Positions 1-12,945 of a DNA stretch of 64,000 nucleotides are shown piece by piece. A program made the position numbers and the translations under genes. The DNA is from Octopus sinensis (lineage: Eukaryota), in NCBI RefSeq assembly GCF_006345805.1, contig NC_043002.1:19964001-20028000 (forward strand), read 5' to 3'. The notes beneath the pieces are model-generated. The model was not told the origin of the DNA. It saw nothing but the letters and a program-made list of their open reading frames with translations, and did not search any database. Each line of letters starts with the position of its first letter. Within the stretch, counting starts at the first letter, position 1.

Positions 1-124
1 TGAGATTTTTAAGTAAAAAAAAAAAGAGGAAATTGTAAATTTTTTTTGTTGTTATATCCAAAAACATAAGTAGCATAAGTGGATTGGCGTCAGTCAGAAA
101 TCAAAACTATATTACAGATTTCAC

Positions 125-560
125 TCATTACTGAATATCATGGAAACTCTCTGATGTACAAAACTGAGGTAAAATTGCTGGGCCAGAAAATCTGAAAGAT
201 CATACTTTCTCCAGAACACAGATAAGACTTGCAATGGCAAATGTGGTAGACCACATCCAGAAGACAATCCAACTGATTGGCAAAGACTTACTTTCCAATA
301 CGCATCAACTTCTGGTTCACAAATGTGCTCTTGCCTCTCATTGTCTATTTTATAACATATATAATGGCCTTCGTTCTTCAGAGCTAGCTAATCGCATACT
401 ACCTCTACCTGTCTCTTCTTACACCACACCTACTGTGTCTCACCTGCAGTTTCCTACATTAACCAATTAATTTCCTTTCCAGAGCATAAACCTTCTGGAA
501 TACTCTTGTTTTTCCTGCAGATATCTACTTGAGGCATTCAAGGTGAATTTCCTAAGTATT
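125..560 (+). mobile_element. Degenerate CR1/Jockey-group LINE relic (RT C-terminal region)
   Basis: ORF 234-470 (VVDHIQKTIQLIGKD...LVHKCALASHCLFYNIYNGLRSSELA) resembles the post-RT LDRIQ..AIRLI / HRR.VA.L.LFY.Y..G..SSEL motifs of CR1-group LINEs; boundaries approximate. Confidence 0.55.
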
Positions 561-631
561 TTTAGCGGACCTACAAAGGTCATGGGTACTGTCCTTTCCT
601 CTTCAATTATCCATAAAAGATATATTATAAA

Positions 632-931
632 CTAGCAGTATTGCCCGGCGTTGCTCGGGTTTGTAAGGGAAATAACTATATAAGCATTTTTAGAGAGTTA
701 CTTCCCTTATATAATAGCAAAAAAATGCATTAAAAATGGGAAATAATGATGGTAAATTTTTTTAAAAAATCGTAGACTCATCGTAGACATGCACTAATAC
801 CCAGAAGGGCTCGATATGAACCACGACTATAAGATACCCACTTTTGGTTAAACTGCACCGCAAAATGTGGGAGTGGTTAGGAATCTAAATCGTAGGAGAC
901 AGACACACAACTTCACTTTTATATATAAAGA
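632..931 (-). mobile_element. Non-autonomous Helitron (300 bp), complete ends
   Basis: On the - strand it starts TC (931-930) after an A and ends CTAG (635-632) before a T. A subterminal GC-rich hairpin GCCCGGCGTTGCTCGGGT lies at 643-660, and there is no TSD. Confidence 0.8.
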
Positions 932-1394
932 TTGTCAAAAATTTAATGTATTTGAGGATTAGGTATAGTAGTAGTGGTGGTGATGTTGGTGGTAGTAGTG
1001 AATGTGGTAATGGTATTAGTAGCACTTGTAATAGCCGTGGGTGCTGTGGTAATGCTGGTAGTGTTCTGTTACTAGTTTTCCAAGTACATCCTTGCTCTGA
1101 GTCATGTTTTGGTCTCAATAAAGAACATTATTAGCATAATCTTTGACAGGAAATGGTAAAGTTGGTAGAGCAGCTGATTAAATACTTTTGTTGTATTTAG
1201 TTGCATTCTGCATTCAAATCCCTTCAAGGTCAACTTTGTCGTCCATCCAGGATCGATAAAGTAAAGATATGAAATACACAAAGTCAGTTAAACCAGTTGT
1301 GAATCTACATTTACACAGTAGATTGGTTCTGCAAGTTACTGTGCAAATTGAAATCATGTAAATTGAGGGAGATATGTTTATAAGGATTTTCGTT

Positions 1395-1785
1395 TGTTTC
1401 AGTCATTTGACTACTGCCATGCTGGAGCACTGTCTTTAGTCGAGCAAATCGACCCCAGGACTTATTCTTTGTAAGCCTAGTACCTATTCTATTGGTTTCT
1501 TTTGCCGAATTGCTAAGTTATGGGGGACGCAAACACACCAACATCGGTTGTCAAGCGATGTTGGGGGGGAGGGGGATAAACACAGACACACACACACACA
1601 CACACACACATATATGTACATATACATATATATGACGAGCTTCTTTCAGTTTCCGTCTACCAAATCCACTCACAAGGCTTTGGTTGGCCTGAGGTTATAG
1701 TAGAAGACACTTGCCTAAGGTGCCATACAGGGGACTGAACCTGGAACCATGTGGTTGGGAAGCAAACCTTTTACCACACAGCCAC
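1395..1785 (-). mobile_element. tRNA-derived SINE, family A
   Basis: Reverse complement of the element at 2030-2402 and 16224-16614 (GTGGCTGTGTGGTAA head, internal (CA/TA)n, GGTGCTCCAGCATGGC...GACTGAAAC tail). Confidence 0.85.
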
Positions 1786-2029
1786 AAAAAATATTTAACA
1801 AATTATTTATTGGAATGGAGATAATATATTTTCATGTGTAAGGATACTATTGTAATACTGGAGTCCTAAAATCAGAGAGGAACAATGAGAGGTAATGAAG
1901 ACAATTGAAATTAGAAAATGGGACTGATAATGACACTTCTACTTCAGCCTACTTCAAGTTACTTCCTAAATAAGTTTGTGAATTTTTTAAAAATAATATA
2001 TCAGCAGTTTTAAAATAATATATCAACAT

Positions 2030-2402
2030 AGGCACAGGAGTGGCTGTGTGGTAAGTAGCTTGTTTACCACCCACTTGGTTCCGGGTTCAGTGCCACTGCA
2101 TGGCACCTTGAGCAAGTGTCTTCTACTATAGCCTCGGGCCGACCAAAGCCTTGTGAGTGGATTTGGTAGATGGAAACTGAAAGAAGCCCGTCGTATATAT
2201 GTATATATATATGCGTGTGTATGTTTGTCCCCCTAGTATTGCTTGACAACCGATGCTGGTGTGTTTATGTCCCCGTTACTTAGCGATTCAGCAAAAGAAA
2301 CCGATAGAATAAGTACTGGGCTTACAAAAGAATTGCTCGATTAAAGGTGGTGCTCCAGCATGGCCGCAGTCAAATGACTGAAACAAGTGTTAGAGTAAAG
2401 AG
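2030..2402 (+). mobile_element. tRNA-derived SINE, family A
   Basis: Head AGGCACAGGAGTGGCTGTGTGGTAAG (A-box-like), GGTTCAGT B-box-like motif, internal microsatellite and A-rich tail; multiple copies in the window. Confidence 0.85.
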
Positions 2403-3045
2403 TTTATGTATTTTAAATTATATGAGTATTCTTAATGCTACTTTGAATTTCATGAATCTATTGACTGTTGTAATCTAAAAGAAGAAAAATTGCTGAACTT
2501 GTGCCAAAGTTTGAGAGAATTATTATTATTGCACTCTGGAGTAGAATGTAATCCACTAGCCCCCTCCCCCAAATTTCAAGTCTTGTGCCTAAAGTAGAAG
2601 GGATTATTATTATTATTATTTTTATTATTATTATTGGGGAAAATTTTATTGGTCTTTGAGAGTTAAGTATCTTGGCCACAAGACACAATGCAGTGCTGCA
2701 GATGGGATATGAATTGCTGACCTCTTGGCTTCCAATTAACTCATTGATCTGTTTTCTCACATTCTTGATAACATCTGTTAATTCCCCCCAAGCCTTCTTT
2801 TAATTGTTGTTAAAATACAAAGAAAACCTTGTGTGAAAGGTGAAATAAAGAAGACTGGAAAAAAATGTTTTGTATTGTTGCTGATGTTTAGATCCAGGTC
2901 AGCTTAGATCAGAGTTATAATCAAAATGACTAACCAGTCCTTTATTCACACATTCTGTTCGAAGTGTCCTTTCTGCTTTTCTTAAACCCTTTTGATGCCA
3001 CCCTGCCTAAGATTGCCCCTGGTTCTATGATATAAATTTATTGTT

Positions 3046-3267
3046 TTAACCCTTTAGCATTTAAACAGGCCATATCCAGCCAAAAGTATTCTGCCTGTTC
3101 AAACTGGTCAGATCTGGTCTCTCACACCAACCCTACAATATCGTTTTAAAAATTAACAGCTACCTCATCAAAATCTCATAGCTACAAAATAATGCTTGAT
3201 TAGTTCAAAACAATGTGGATGAAAAGGCATTAATTTTGGCAGAATAATGCGAACACTAAAGGGTTAA
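3046..3267. mobile_element. piggyBac-type MITE
   Basis: TTAA-CCCTTTAG ... CTAAAGGG-TTAA termini with TTAA TSD; the same family occurs at 18112, 23231 and 46300. Confidence 0.85.
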
Positions 3268-3328
3268 AGTGATCTAAATTAAAGTGTTCCATCAAAATTC
3301 CATGTTAATTTATGTTCCAAACTCCAGA

Positions 3329-4023
3329 TTAACTCTTTAGTATTCAGGTTATTCTGTCAAATGCGATGCTTATTTATTCACATTCTTTTGAATTTGTCTT
3401 GTATTATCTCACAGCTTTCAAATTTTGATGATGTGAAATTGAAATCAAATTCAATAACTGGCTAGTGGAGCGCTAAGAGTACCATATGAGCATGATTGTT
3501 GCCAGAGCAACAAGCCGGTCTCTGTGCCGATGGCACGCAAAAAGCACCATTCGAGCTTGGTCATTACCTGCGTCACCTTATTGGCGCTTGTGCTGGTGGC
3601 ACATGAAAAAGCATTTGAGCGAAGTCGTTGCTAGTGCTGCTGGACTGGCTCCTGTGCAGGTGGCACATAAAAAGCACCATTTGAGCGTGGTTGTTGCCAG
3701 GACTGCCTGACTGGCCCTCATGCCGGTGGCACGTAAAAGCACCCACTACACTCTCTGAGTGGTTGGTGTTAGGAAGGGCATCAAGCTGTAGAAACTCTGC
3801 CTGATCAGATTGGAGTCTGGTGCAGCCATCTGATTCGCCAGACCTCAGTCAAATGGTCCAACCCATGTTAGCATGGAAAGCGGATGTTAAATGATGATGA
3901 TGATTGTTTATTTTTAGAATGATATTGTTGGGTAGGTTTAAGAGGCTGAGTCTTGCTAGTTTTAACATAAAATAAGCAGAACATTTGGGTTGAATATAGC
4001 TGGTTTAAATGCTAAAGGGTTAA
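3329..4023. mobile_element. piggyBac-type MITE (reverse orientation) interrupted by an RTE 3' fragment
   Basis: Halves 3329-3436 and 3904-4023 join into the reverse complement of the 46300-46524 MITE; ends CTAAAGGGTTAA. Confidence 0.75.
3437..3904 (+). mobile_element. 5'-truncated RTE LINE (3'UTR modules + (GAT)n tail)
   Basis: Four clear GTGCCGGTGGCAC-type modules, the GTTAGGAAGGGCATC box and a GAT tail, as at the end of the LINE at 50743-54235. Confidence 0.85.
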
Positions 4024-4149
4024 TGATGACCAAATTATTTTACTAAATGTTTTTGAACTAACTGAAACAAAAGCAGCGCATTTCAACAGAAATCCTTCTC
4101 TCTTTCTCGGAGAGGCACAAGCACCTACACACATATATACACACATGGC

Positions 4150-4296
4150 AGTAACTTCCGCCTTCCAAATTCAATCACAAAGCTTCAGTCGGCCCGTGGC
4201 TATAGCAGAAGACATTTGCCCAAAGTGCCATGCGGTGGGACTGAACCCGAAACCATGTAGCTGGGAAGCAAGCTTCTTAACCACACAGCTATGCCC
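4150..4296 (-). mobile_element. SINE family A, partial (5' half)
   Basis: Similar to the 5' half of 2030-2402. Confidence 0.65.
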
Positions 4297-5222
4297 TAGT
4301 AACAAAATGGTTAAACATGTCATTTGAAAGAGATTTGGCTGCTATTTCTAGTAGATTAAATAACTGCATGAATGCTTTCTTGTTGATTTGAAGAGTTGTT
4401 ATTTTTGTTCATTAAAATTATTATCCCTTTTATTCTTATCATTGAAATTGGTTTGTTGACAAGATTCTATAAGAACACTAAAATGAATACCAGTAACATA
4501 TTGGTGACCTCAATTACTGTAGATGTGTTCATTTGTTGAGCCAGACTGCATTATATTAACACCATTACAACCAATTAATATATCTGGTGTATACTGGGCT
4601 TTTGGTAATGCTTTCTATAAGTCACAACTTTTAATTTGTTATTTAGCTATTTCAGAGAGGTTTTTTCTTTTCACTTAGCTTTATATCAGTCATAATTAAG
4701 CAGACTTTCATCAAAAATGTTCCACTTGTAACCAACCTGTATTTTTGTACATCAGGAATTGCATTGTCCTTTTCTGGCTTTTTTTAAAGACTGTAGACTG
4801 TAATTTGGTATTTGTTTCATGTAAGGTTTGTATCAGTGCATACAAGCATCTTTGGTAGCTTGCCATTCATTTAGGCTTGAGGTGGTTGTTTAGTTTTAGG
4901 TTAGCTGTAATTGAGCAAATGTATTTTTCTCAGCAGGATTAGTAGTTCTAGGATTACATTATTCAATGTGCTTTTCCCTTTTTTAAACCAGTATGGTGTG
5001 ATTTTAGTGAGATATAGCTGTGATATCTAACAGGTTAACTGACTTTAATGAGGCTTCCTCAATTAACTGCAAGAGAGGTTTCTATCTGGAGATGATTAGT
5101 CTGATTATCAAAAGTAAATATTTTATTTTTAATATTCTTCTCATTTCTGATATAAAAACAGTTATCTCTTTTCTTTGCTCTTTTGTCTCTCTCTCTCTCT
5201 CTCACTCTGTCCTTTGCTCTTT

Positions 5223-5255
<33 letters not shown>

Positions 5256-6040
5256 AATTCTTTGCATCATGTAAACTTTTATGTTGACTGAAATTGCTGT
5301 TAGTGTAGTGGTAGTTATAATTTTTATTTTCATTTTGTATCATACATTTTGTAATGGATTTATGGTGTCTGACAGACCAAATACTAGTTTATGGTAAAAG
5401 CAATAAGGAAGTGTCTATTCAACTCAGAATAAATAACACAAACTTTGAACATGTTCGTTCTTTGGTTTTCTTGCTGGTGTGTGCAGCTTTCATTTATGTA
5501 TATCAAAAAAATATATATATTAAAAAAATCACTCTTTGTCTCTCTTTCACATATCCTAGTTTTTAAAATCTTTATGTATCTTGGTTTTTAAATATGTATA
5601 TCTCAGGTTTTAGAATAGGTACACTATATCTCTGCATGTCATCATGAGAGGTATCTGAAGGGGTTGTCATCAGGAGGATCAGCCATCCATAAAGCACTAT
5701 CACCAAAATGCCTTGTCCAGTCCCTGCACATGAGAAAAATTATCGCTGTGAAAATAACATCCATCCATGAATTTATTTATTTATTAAATTTTAAATGCAT
5801 ATTTTGTCTGTGAATTTGCACATGTAATCTGGGAATGCATGCAATGAGCTTCTCTGCCCTAGGTGTATGGAAAACACTCAGCGAGAAACGGAAGAAAATT
5901 TGAAGAAAGAAGAAAAAAGCATAATAATAATAATAATACCACTACCACTGCTACCATTGATTGGGGTTAATCAGTACTGTTGTATGTACATGTATGTGTA
6001 TATATGTATGGTAAATCTTCAATATTTGTTCAATCTACTA

Positions 6041-6162
6041 CAGTGCTCCGCAACTAGTATGTCACAGCACACTGGTGTGCCATGTGATGATGCTAGGTGT
6101 GCTGCCAAATTTTAAAAGGAATATAAGTGTACCGCAAGTGAAAAAAGGTTGCAGAGCACTAG
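6041..6162. mobile_element. hAT (Charlie-like) MITE
   Basis: TIR CAGTGCTCCGCAAC / GTTGCAGAGCACT with near-identical 8-bp flanks ATCTACTA (6033-6040) and GTCTACTA (6163-6170); a related partial copy lies at about 37985-38075. Confidence 0.7.
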
Positions 6163-6215
6163 GTCTACTACACTCATATCTGCTTTTACCTCTAACCACC
6201 ATCACTGACATCCAT

Positions 6216-6446
6216 AAGGCGGCGAGCTGGCAGAACCGTTAGCACGCCAGGCGAAATGCTTAATGGTATTTCGTCTGCTGCTACGTTCTGAGTTCAAATT
6301 CTGCCGAGGTTAACTTTGCCTTTCATCCTTTCGGGGGTCGATTAAATAAGTACCAGTTATGCACTGGGGTCAATGTAATTGATTTAATCCATTTGTCTGT
6401 CCTTGTTTGTCCCCTCTATGTTTAGCCCCTTGTGGGCAATAAAGAA
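6216..6446 (+). mobile_element. tRNA-derived SINE, family B
   Basis: Head AAGGCGGCGAGCTGGCAGAA, GAGTTCAAATT B-box, core GCCTTTCATCCTTTCGGGGTCG, tail GGGCAATAAAGAA. Confidence 0.85.
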
Positions 6447-8145
6447 TTAAATATCACCACTGCTACCCTCCACCATTACCCACTACTACCATTACCCATC
6501 ACTATCACCACTACCCACTGTTGGATCAGGGCTGACCTTTGGCTGTACAATCACCACTGTCACTGCTAGCAGTAAGACATTGTAAGACAATGAAGCTACA
6601 CTGCCTTAAAAGTTTTATTGTTATAGTAAATAAAACATTGTCGGTAAAGCTAAAATGAAGTTTGGTTAATTTGAATATTTATAAAACAGGCTTGTGTGTA
6701 AATTATCTGTTTTATGGTTTTATCCAGCCCAGAAGGAAAATCTCGCTGCATTGCTTTGATTTATCTGACAGAGATGTAAATCATTTCATCATTAGATTTT
6801 TTTTTTTTTTTTGATTATTTGTTCACTTTATTTATTCATTGATTGATTAATTCTTTCCTTGTTTCTGATTCAATCAACATAGTGAGCACAGGGTGATGAT
6901 GCCTTGTGGTTGGTGGTAGTTGGAGTGTTGATGGTGTGCTGGATATGGGATCCAAGGTTTTGAATATTGATCACATTCCTATATAGAAGAAAATTAATAC
7001 TTCTTCGTAAAATTCAAATATACCCCTTAAGCCCAAAGGTGCTGTTAAGAGCCAGTGTGGTGAAAGATATATCTTTCCCTAGATTGAATGCCAATCTGTT
7101 GCAAATAACATTTCCCAGTTGACCTGGTACATACTCTTCAACAGCTTGGTAAATTGAAGCAGTGTAAGATTGCATTCTACTTTGAAACAAAGAAATGACT
7201 TCAGGGGTTTTGAACTTCTAGTTCTTTATAGATCATGGGCTCTATCCTTCCTGCTAAATAAACCAGTAAAATACTTGGTACGGCCTCTACCAAATGTATT
7301 TTTTCACCCCAAAGAGCCTTTTAAGAACCAGTGCTTAGTTCCAGTTTTATAGCTGTAGTCACATGTCTGTCAAATTGCTCCACCCCCTCTGCGGTAGACA
7401 AGATATTGGTCTATCGCAATATTGTTAGATGATCTGGTGAATAGTGTGATTAATTGAACTGAATTTCATAACTGGTGGATACTCTTCATATCAACTACCA
7501 TCAGTGTGGTTTGTGTTTAATGTATTGTTGGGGTCTGTAATAGAGGAGCTGGTTTTTGCAAGTCATAGGGCTCTCTGGACTTCTGTTGCTTTGTTTCACA
7601 ATTGCTGTTTTTGTCAGGTTGCCTATACCATAGTTTAGAGAGTCTATCATGTTATGGTGGTATATTAGATGAACTCTCCTTCCTCAGCAGGCATCCTTCA
7701 CTGACAAAGGAACCTTAGTGTGTAAGAGGTGTAAAAAGGGCCAGTACTACTTAGGGATATTAAATGTAAGGGAAGTTAGTGATCATTTTCTATTTTTGTA
7801 AGAAGAGCCAACTGCTCATGGTTTTAATTTTTACTATAAAGATTTTGAAAGGGTTTGACAAAATATCTATAATTTATATATTGGTGTATATTATAATGAT
7901 CAGCTGAAATTGTGTTATCATTCCTGTTGTAATGCGATTATGACTGAAATTTTAGTTTAAATATGAATACTTTGTTGCAATTGGACCCTGGTTGGTATTC
8001 TATAAACTACATTACATTGAGACATAAAGGTAAGTAATGTGTATGGAGATTCTTGAGAGATATTGTTTCATAGATAATTAGATAGTTACTCATGTAGATA
8101 GTTACAAATACAAACAAGCAGATAGATGGTTTTGCAATACTCGTT

Positions 8146-8310
8146 TCATCGTTTAACGTCCGCTTTCCATGCTAGCATGGGTTGAACGATTTGACTGAGG
8201 ACTGGTGAACCAGATGGCTGCACCAGGCTCCAGTCTGATCTTGCACAGTCTCTACAGCTGGATGCCCTTCCTAACGCCAACCACTCCGAGAGTGTAGTGG
8301 GTGCTTTTAC
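8146..8310 (-). mobile_element. RTE LINE 3' tail fragment
   Basis: Reverse complement of the LINE terminal ~170 bp (CATCGTTTAACGTCCGCTTTCCATGC...GATGCCCTTCCTAACGCCAACC). Confidence 0.85.
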
Positions 8311-9682
8311 AACCTCGCTGGTCCACAATACTAAGTACTGTAACAGATGCATAGAGAAATGCTTGTTGTGGATTTGAACCCAAGAATTTGGTTCTGGTGG
8401 TCCAATATCATATCAAGTTAGCTATTTTGTTTCTGTGAATCTTGTTGATTGAGCTTTGATTGAGCCTTTTCTGAGAAGGATCCTTCATAAAAAGCACATG
8501 AATTTTTTACCATTTTTGTAAAAAGGTTTCTTTATAGCAAGCAAAAATTACTGGAATTTATTTTAAAGGGAAATAGTTGAGAAGCACAAAGCTTACAAAT
8601 ATTGGATGTGTGCACAGTTAAGTTGACTCCAGTTCTTGACTGAAGTTACTGCATCAAACCTGAAAGAATAAAAAGCAGACTCCAACAAAATTTGAATTTA
8701 ATATGTTAAAGAACATGTGCTAACCTCTACAGTAGTGCATAAATTCTTTTCCTTTAACATAGAATAATATCAAGCCCTTTGTGTTTGCACAGGGTTGCTG
8801 CTGTTTTTATCAGAATGTTTTCCCAGTATACCTCATTAAAGGTGTGGATTCATTTCGGTCTGTTGTGACTTTGGTATGGCCATCATAACAATCCTTCTTG
8901 CAGACAGCACTGTAAGTAGTTTTAGAGACACTGTTGTGTTGCATGAGAAAGTTATTCCTTGCAGGCATTATTGGATAACTGTTGATTATGTGGGTGATAA
9001 CTACCATTCTGGCGCAATCAACATTCATTTTGTATCACAATGTGGAGGCTTAGAGGTTTATTGATGAAGTATTTCAGTAGCTGTCTCTTGTTCTTGCGTT
9101 ACAAAAGTATAGCCTTCAAGGTGAAATCTGATGTATCTAACTCTGGTCTCTTTCTGTAAATGATTCTGCTACATGTGTATGTTTGTATGTTATAAACATA
9201 TACACATACATGTATATCTATGCATCTTACTTTAGCATATGTTTCAAAGCAAGAGTGGAAAATGGTATTGAAGGTGATAGGAAAACACCAAAGTTTGACA
9301 AATGGCAGTTGTTGGGTAAAGACCCAGTAGCTCTAGATTGTTGTTCAACCAGCTACCCTTATATGTATATATATGTGTGCATGAACAAGCACACATGCAT
9401 ATATGCACACAGTAATACTTTGTGGTTTTAGTTCTTCACATTCTGAATTTTCAGGTTTGGGTAGTAGTCGCTCTATCCCACTTACAAGTCAAATAACTAC
9501 ATCTGACACACAGCTCTCTCTCTCACTTGCGCACACATGCATGCACACACACACACACACATACACAATAAGCACATTCAGTAACTGAAATACTAGGTGT
9601 TGTCTGTAAAACCTCAGTAGATTAATGTAGTGAATCAGTAATTGCATAGCAAATGAAATTGTGCCTGCAGTAGCTATTCTCT

Positions 9683-10099
9683 TATTTCTTTATTGCCCAC
9701 AAGGGGCTAAACATAGAGGGGACAAACAAGGACAGACAAAGGGATTAAATCGATTACATCAACCCTAGTACACAACTGGTACTTAATTTATCAACCCCGA
9801 AAGGATAAAAGGTAAAGTCGACCTTGGTGGAATTTGAACTCAGAACGTAAAGACAGACGAAATACTTATTTCTTTACTACCCACAAGGGGCTGAACACAG
9901 AGAGGATAAACAAAGATAGACAAACGGATTAAGTCAATTATATCGACCCCAGTGCGTAACTGGTACTTATTTAATCAACCCTGAAAGGATGAAAGGCAAA
10001 GTTGACCTCGGCGGAATTTGAACTCAGAATGGAGCAGCAGACAAAATACCGCTAAGCATTTCGCCCAGCATACTAACGTTTCTGCCAGCTTGCCACCTT
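9683..10099 (-). mobile_element. SINE family B head-to-tail dimer
   Basis: Full copy at about 10099-9867 followed by a 5'-truncated copy at about 9866-9683. Confidence 0.8.
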
Positions 10100-10339
10100 A
10101 CCAGTAGCTATTTTCTATCCCAAAGAAAATGTCAACTACTGCAGTGAGTTCTGAACTCAAAATTCTTTGTATCTCACATAAGTTGGTGTGTATATTTCAA
10201 AGACTCTTTTGGATTTCTAGGTTTTAAACATCGGAGATAAGTGTATTTTGCAAATATAAACATTTTTCAAAATTTCACTTTGTTTCCATTCTTCCTCTTC
10301 TCTGTTGGGAAGGAAGCAACTGGCCATAAGATTTTCATT

Positions 10340-10822
10340 CTTGGTGTAAGACAGAAGACTGCTCTGGTTTGGTCATGTGATGCGAATGGATGCCGACAGC
10401 TGCATAAAGAAGTGCCAACTTCTCAAAGTGGATGGAACATGTAGAAGTGGGAGACCCAGGAGGGCATGGGATGAAGTACTGAAGAATGATCTCAAGAAGC
10501 TGAACCTTTCAGGCGAGATGACTAAGGACCGAGATATTTGGTTCCTGGCTGTACTCAAGAAGACCTCTACCTTGCAGCAGAAGTGTTAAAACTGATCTTT
10601 CTGGTGACGTAAAGCACTCGTAGCGGTGCTTATAAAAGCGCCAATGCAGTGCCACATAAAAGCACTCAGCACACTCTGTAAAGTGGTTGGCACTAGGAAG
10701 GGCATCCAGCCATAGAAGCCATGCCAAATCAGACTGGATTCTGGTGCAGTCCCTCAGATTGCCAGCTCTGGTCAAAGCGTTCAACCCATGCCAGCATGGA
10801 CAATGGATGTTAAATGATGATG
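10340..10822 (+). mobile_element. 5'-truncated RTE LINE (ORF C-terminus + tail), second subfamily
   Basis: ORF 10377-10589 (MRMDADSCIKKC...GRPRRAWDEVLKNDL...KDRDIW) parallels the intact LINE C-terminus; ends in the GAT tail. Confidence 0.85.
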
Positions 10823-11265
10823 AATTGTTTTCTTGGAAAATATTTTTCAGAATTCTGTTTAAAATACAGGAGATTATGAATTCTAGAAAAAAATAAAGTT
10901 AGGATTTAAGGCCAGGGATTATGGATTAGTATTTTAGGGCAGGATTACGTTTTAGAGCTAGGGTTTAGAATTTTGGGTTCAACAGTGAAATGAGATTCAG
11001 TACATTCTGTTTTTTTTTGTAGAATCATAATCTGCTGTTTGAGACAGAAATCCCAAGAAACTTTGTAGGAAGAAAAAGTTATGTGGGTTACTTAGTTTGA
11101 TATGCAGTTTATTATTTGTCCAGAATCTTTACTTTAAATAAATTATGTTGTAACATAAATGTCATTAACAATTGATTTCAACTTGGGCAACACGAGATAT
11201 TTGGGTTGGTACAGGTACTCATGCGCATGTGCGTGCATGCGTGCACACACACACACACACACACA

Positions 11266-12733
11266 GATGAGAATGTCACATACGATGGACCCATAAATAA
11301 GGAGAGGACCAGGAATGAATACCTCAGAAAAGAGGTATCCATTGATAACGAGTTTGCAAATCCAGTACCCAAGATACACTGAGCTTCATCCCTATTATTA
11401 TTGGAGGAACAGGGTACATACCAAAGAGAATCAAGAGAACTCTCAGCTTACAACAAGCATATTGTCTATAACTCTTTTGCAGTGCCTGGCCTCATGCTTA
11501 CGTTGGACCTTCTGAACTGGTCACTTTAAGAACTCAATGAGATAAATATTTGAACTTGCAGCCTGCTCTGTTTTACAGGGAACTTCAACATCATTGGAGA
11601 CAGAGACTGGCTATACTTCCCACACAAGGAAGATGGCTATGGTCTTAAATTTGTATTGATATCATATGAAGCATGGATTGTGACAATGGAACATCTGCAG
11701 TAGAGGAAAGAGATTAGTAACTATCTTACCCAAATTTGTAACCATGAAATCAGCAACATAATTAAGATAGCTAATGAACTTGAGGGAGAGGTATGAAATA
11801 AGAGCTGATATGGATCTCTCCCCAAGGAGTATTGATAAAATCTATTTATCAGAGCAAAATAAAAAAATGAACCACTTCACTGAGGAGATAGTACAAGGGT
11901 ATTTGGCATGAAAGACACAGACCATAGAAGGGATTAAAAGGTCATAAGCTTGGCATGAAGTACCAACAAGTTTATGATGTCCCACTTCGAAGCTACATCC
12001 ATGGAATTCAAGAACAAGAGATCCCCACCAAATACCTACAGGATAAAAGCAGAAAACATTGATAGAGCAAAAAATGTAGGCTGAAGATATTAACCAGATT
12101 ATTGTCAACTATGAGAGAATGCCTTCTTGTTATTATCTTCCCATGAGGCATGATGCAGTGGCCAGAATAATCTGGAACAGGAATACAAAAGAGAAAACAC
12201 CTGCAAAGTTGACTTTATTGAGACCAATGTGTCAAAAGTATATTGATGGAACTTAAAAATCAAAGCAGTCAGCAAGTTAAAACACTCCTGGCCAAATATT
12301 ATTGGGTGGGGGCCACAAGGAAAAGATATGTTCTGTTGTGGAATTTACCTGCCCTTCGGACACCAATGTGATTAGGAATATACAAGACAAAGAGGAGAAC
12401 CAATGTGGATTATTGATAAAGAGTTTTCAAATCCAGTATCCAATATACACTTTGAGCTTCATCCTTATTATTATTGGAGCAACAGGGTACATACCAACCC
12501 ATCTGGAGCAAAGTATGGCTGAACTTCGGTTCTAGGGGAGAGAACGCAAATCCTGAATTCATTCACTGCAAATGATCACAATATCTGGCACTATGAAAAT
12601 CTGCAAGACCTTAAGATTTAAAGGATGATGAAAAAGAAACAAGACCCTTTTTTACATAATCTTGCTACTAAGTAGGTTTAAAATTTATTCTAAATTGAAA
12701 AAAAACATACTTACATGCATGCATGCATGCATG
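11266..12733 (+). mobile_element. Degenerate R4/Dong-like non-LTR retrotransposon (post-RT region + restriction-like endonuclease)
   Basis: Frameshifted motifs FAVPGL..LLNW, DWLYFPHKEDGYGL and YYLPMRHDAVAR; ORF 12302-12535 (ICSVVEFTCPSD...IIIGATGY); ends in (CATG)n. Confidence 0.65.
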
Positions 12734-12945
12734 TTCTGGGCTTAACTTTTTATCAAAACAATGAATCTACATGTGCTTTATTTTGCCTGGGAACACCTGA
12801 AGGACAAAATAAAATGTATTTTGTTTAATTGTTGGACTTGTTTTTAATAGTAATAATTGTTTTCTTCTAAAACAAGCATTAAGCCAGAAATTTTCAAGAA
12901 GAGAAATTGTTGATCATATCTATATCATTACTTGATTGGTATTTT

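Noticed and set aside
2030-2110. tRNA genes at SINE heads (also 6216, 13317)
   Set aside because: A/B-box-like motifs only; no cloverleaf, and the sequence continues into SINE body and tail.
885-6115. Low-complexity ORFs (for example 885-1118, 5020-5274, 5867-6115)
   Set aside because: They derive from microsatellites and GGT/ACC-rich simple repeats, with no homology or splice support.
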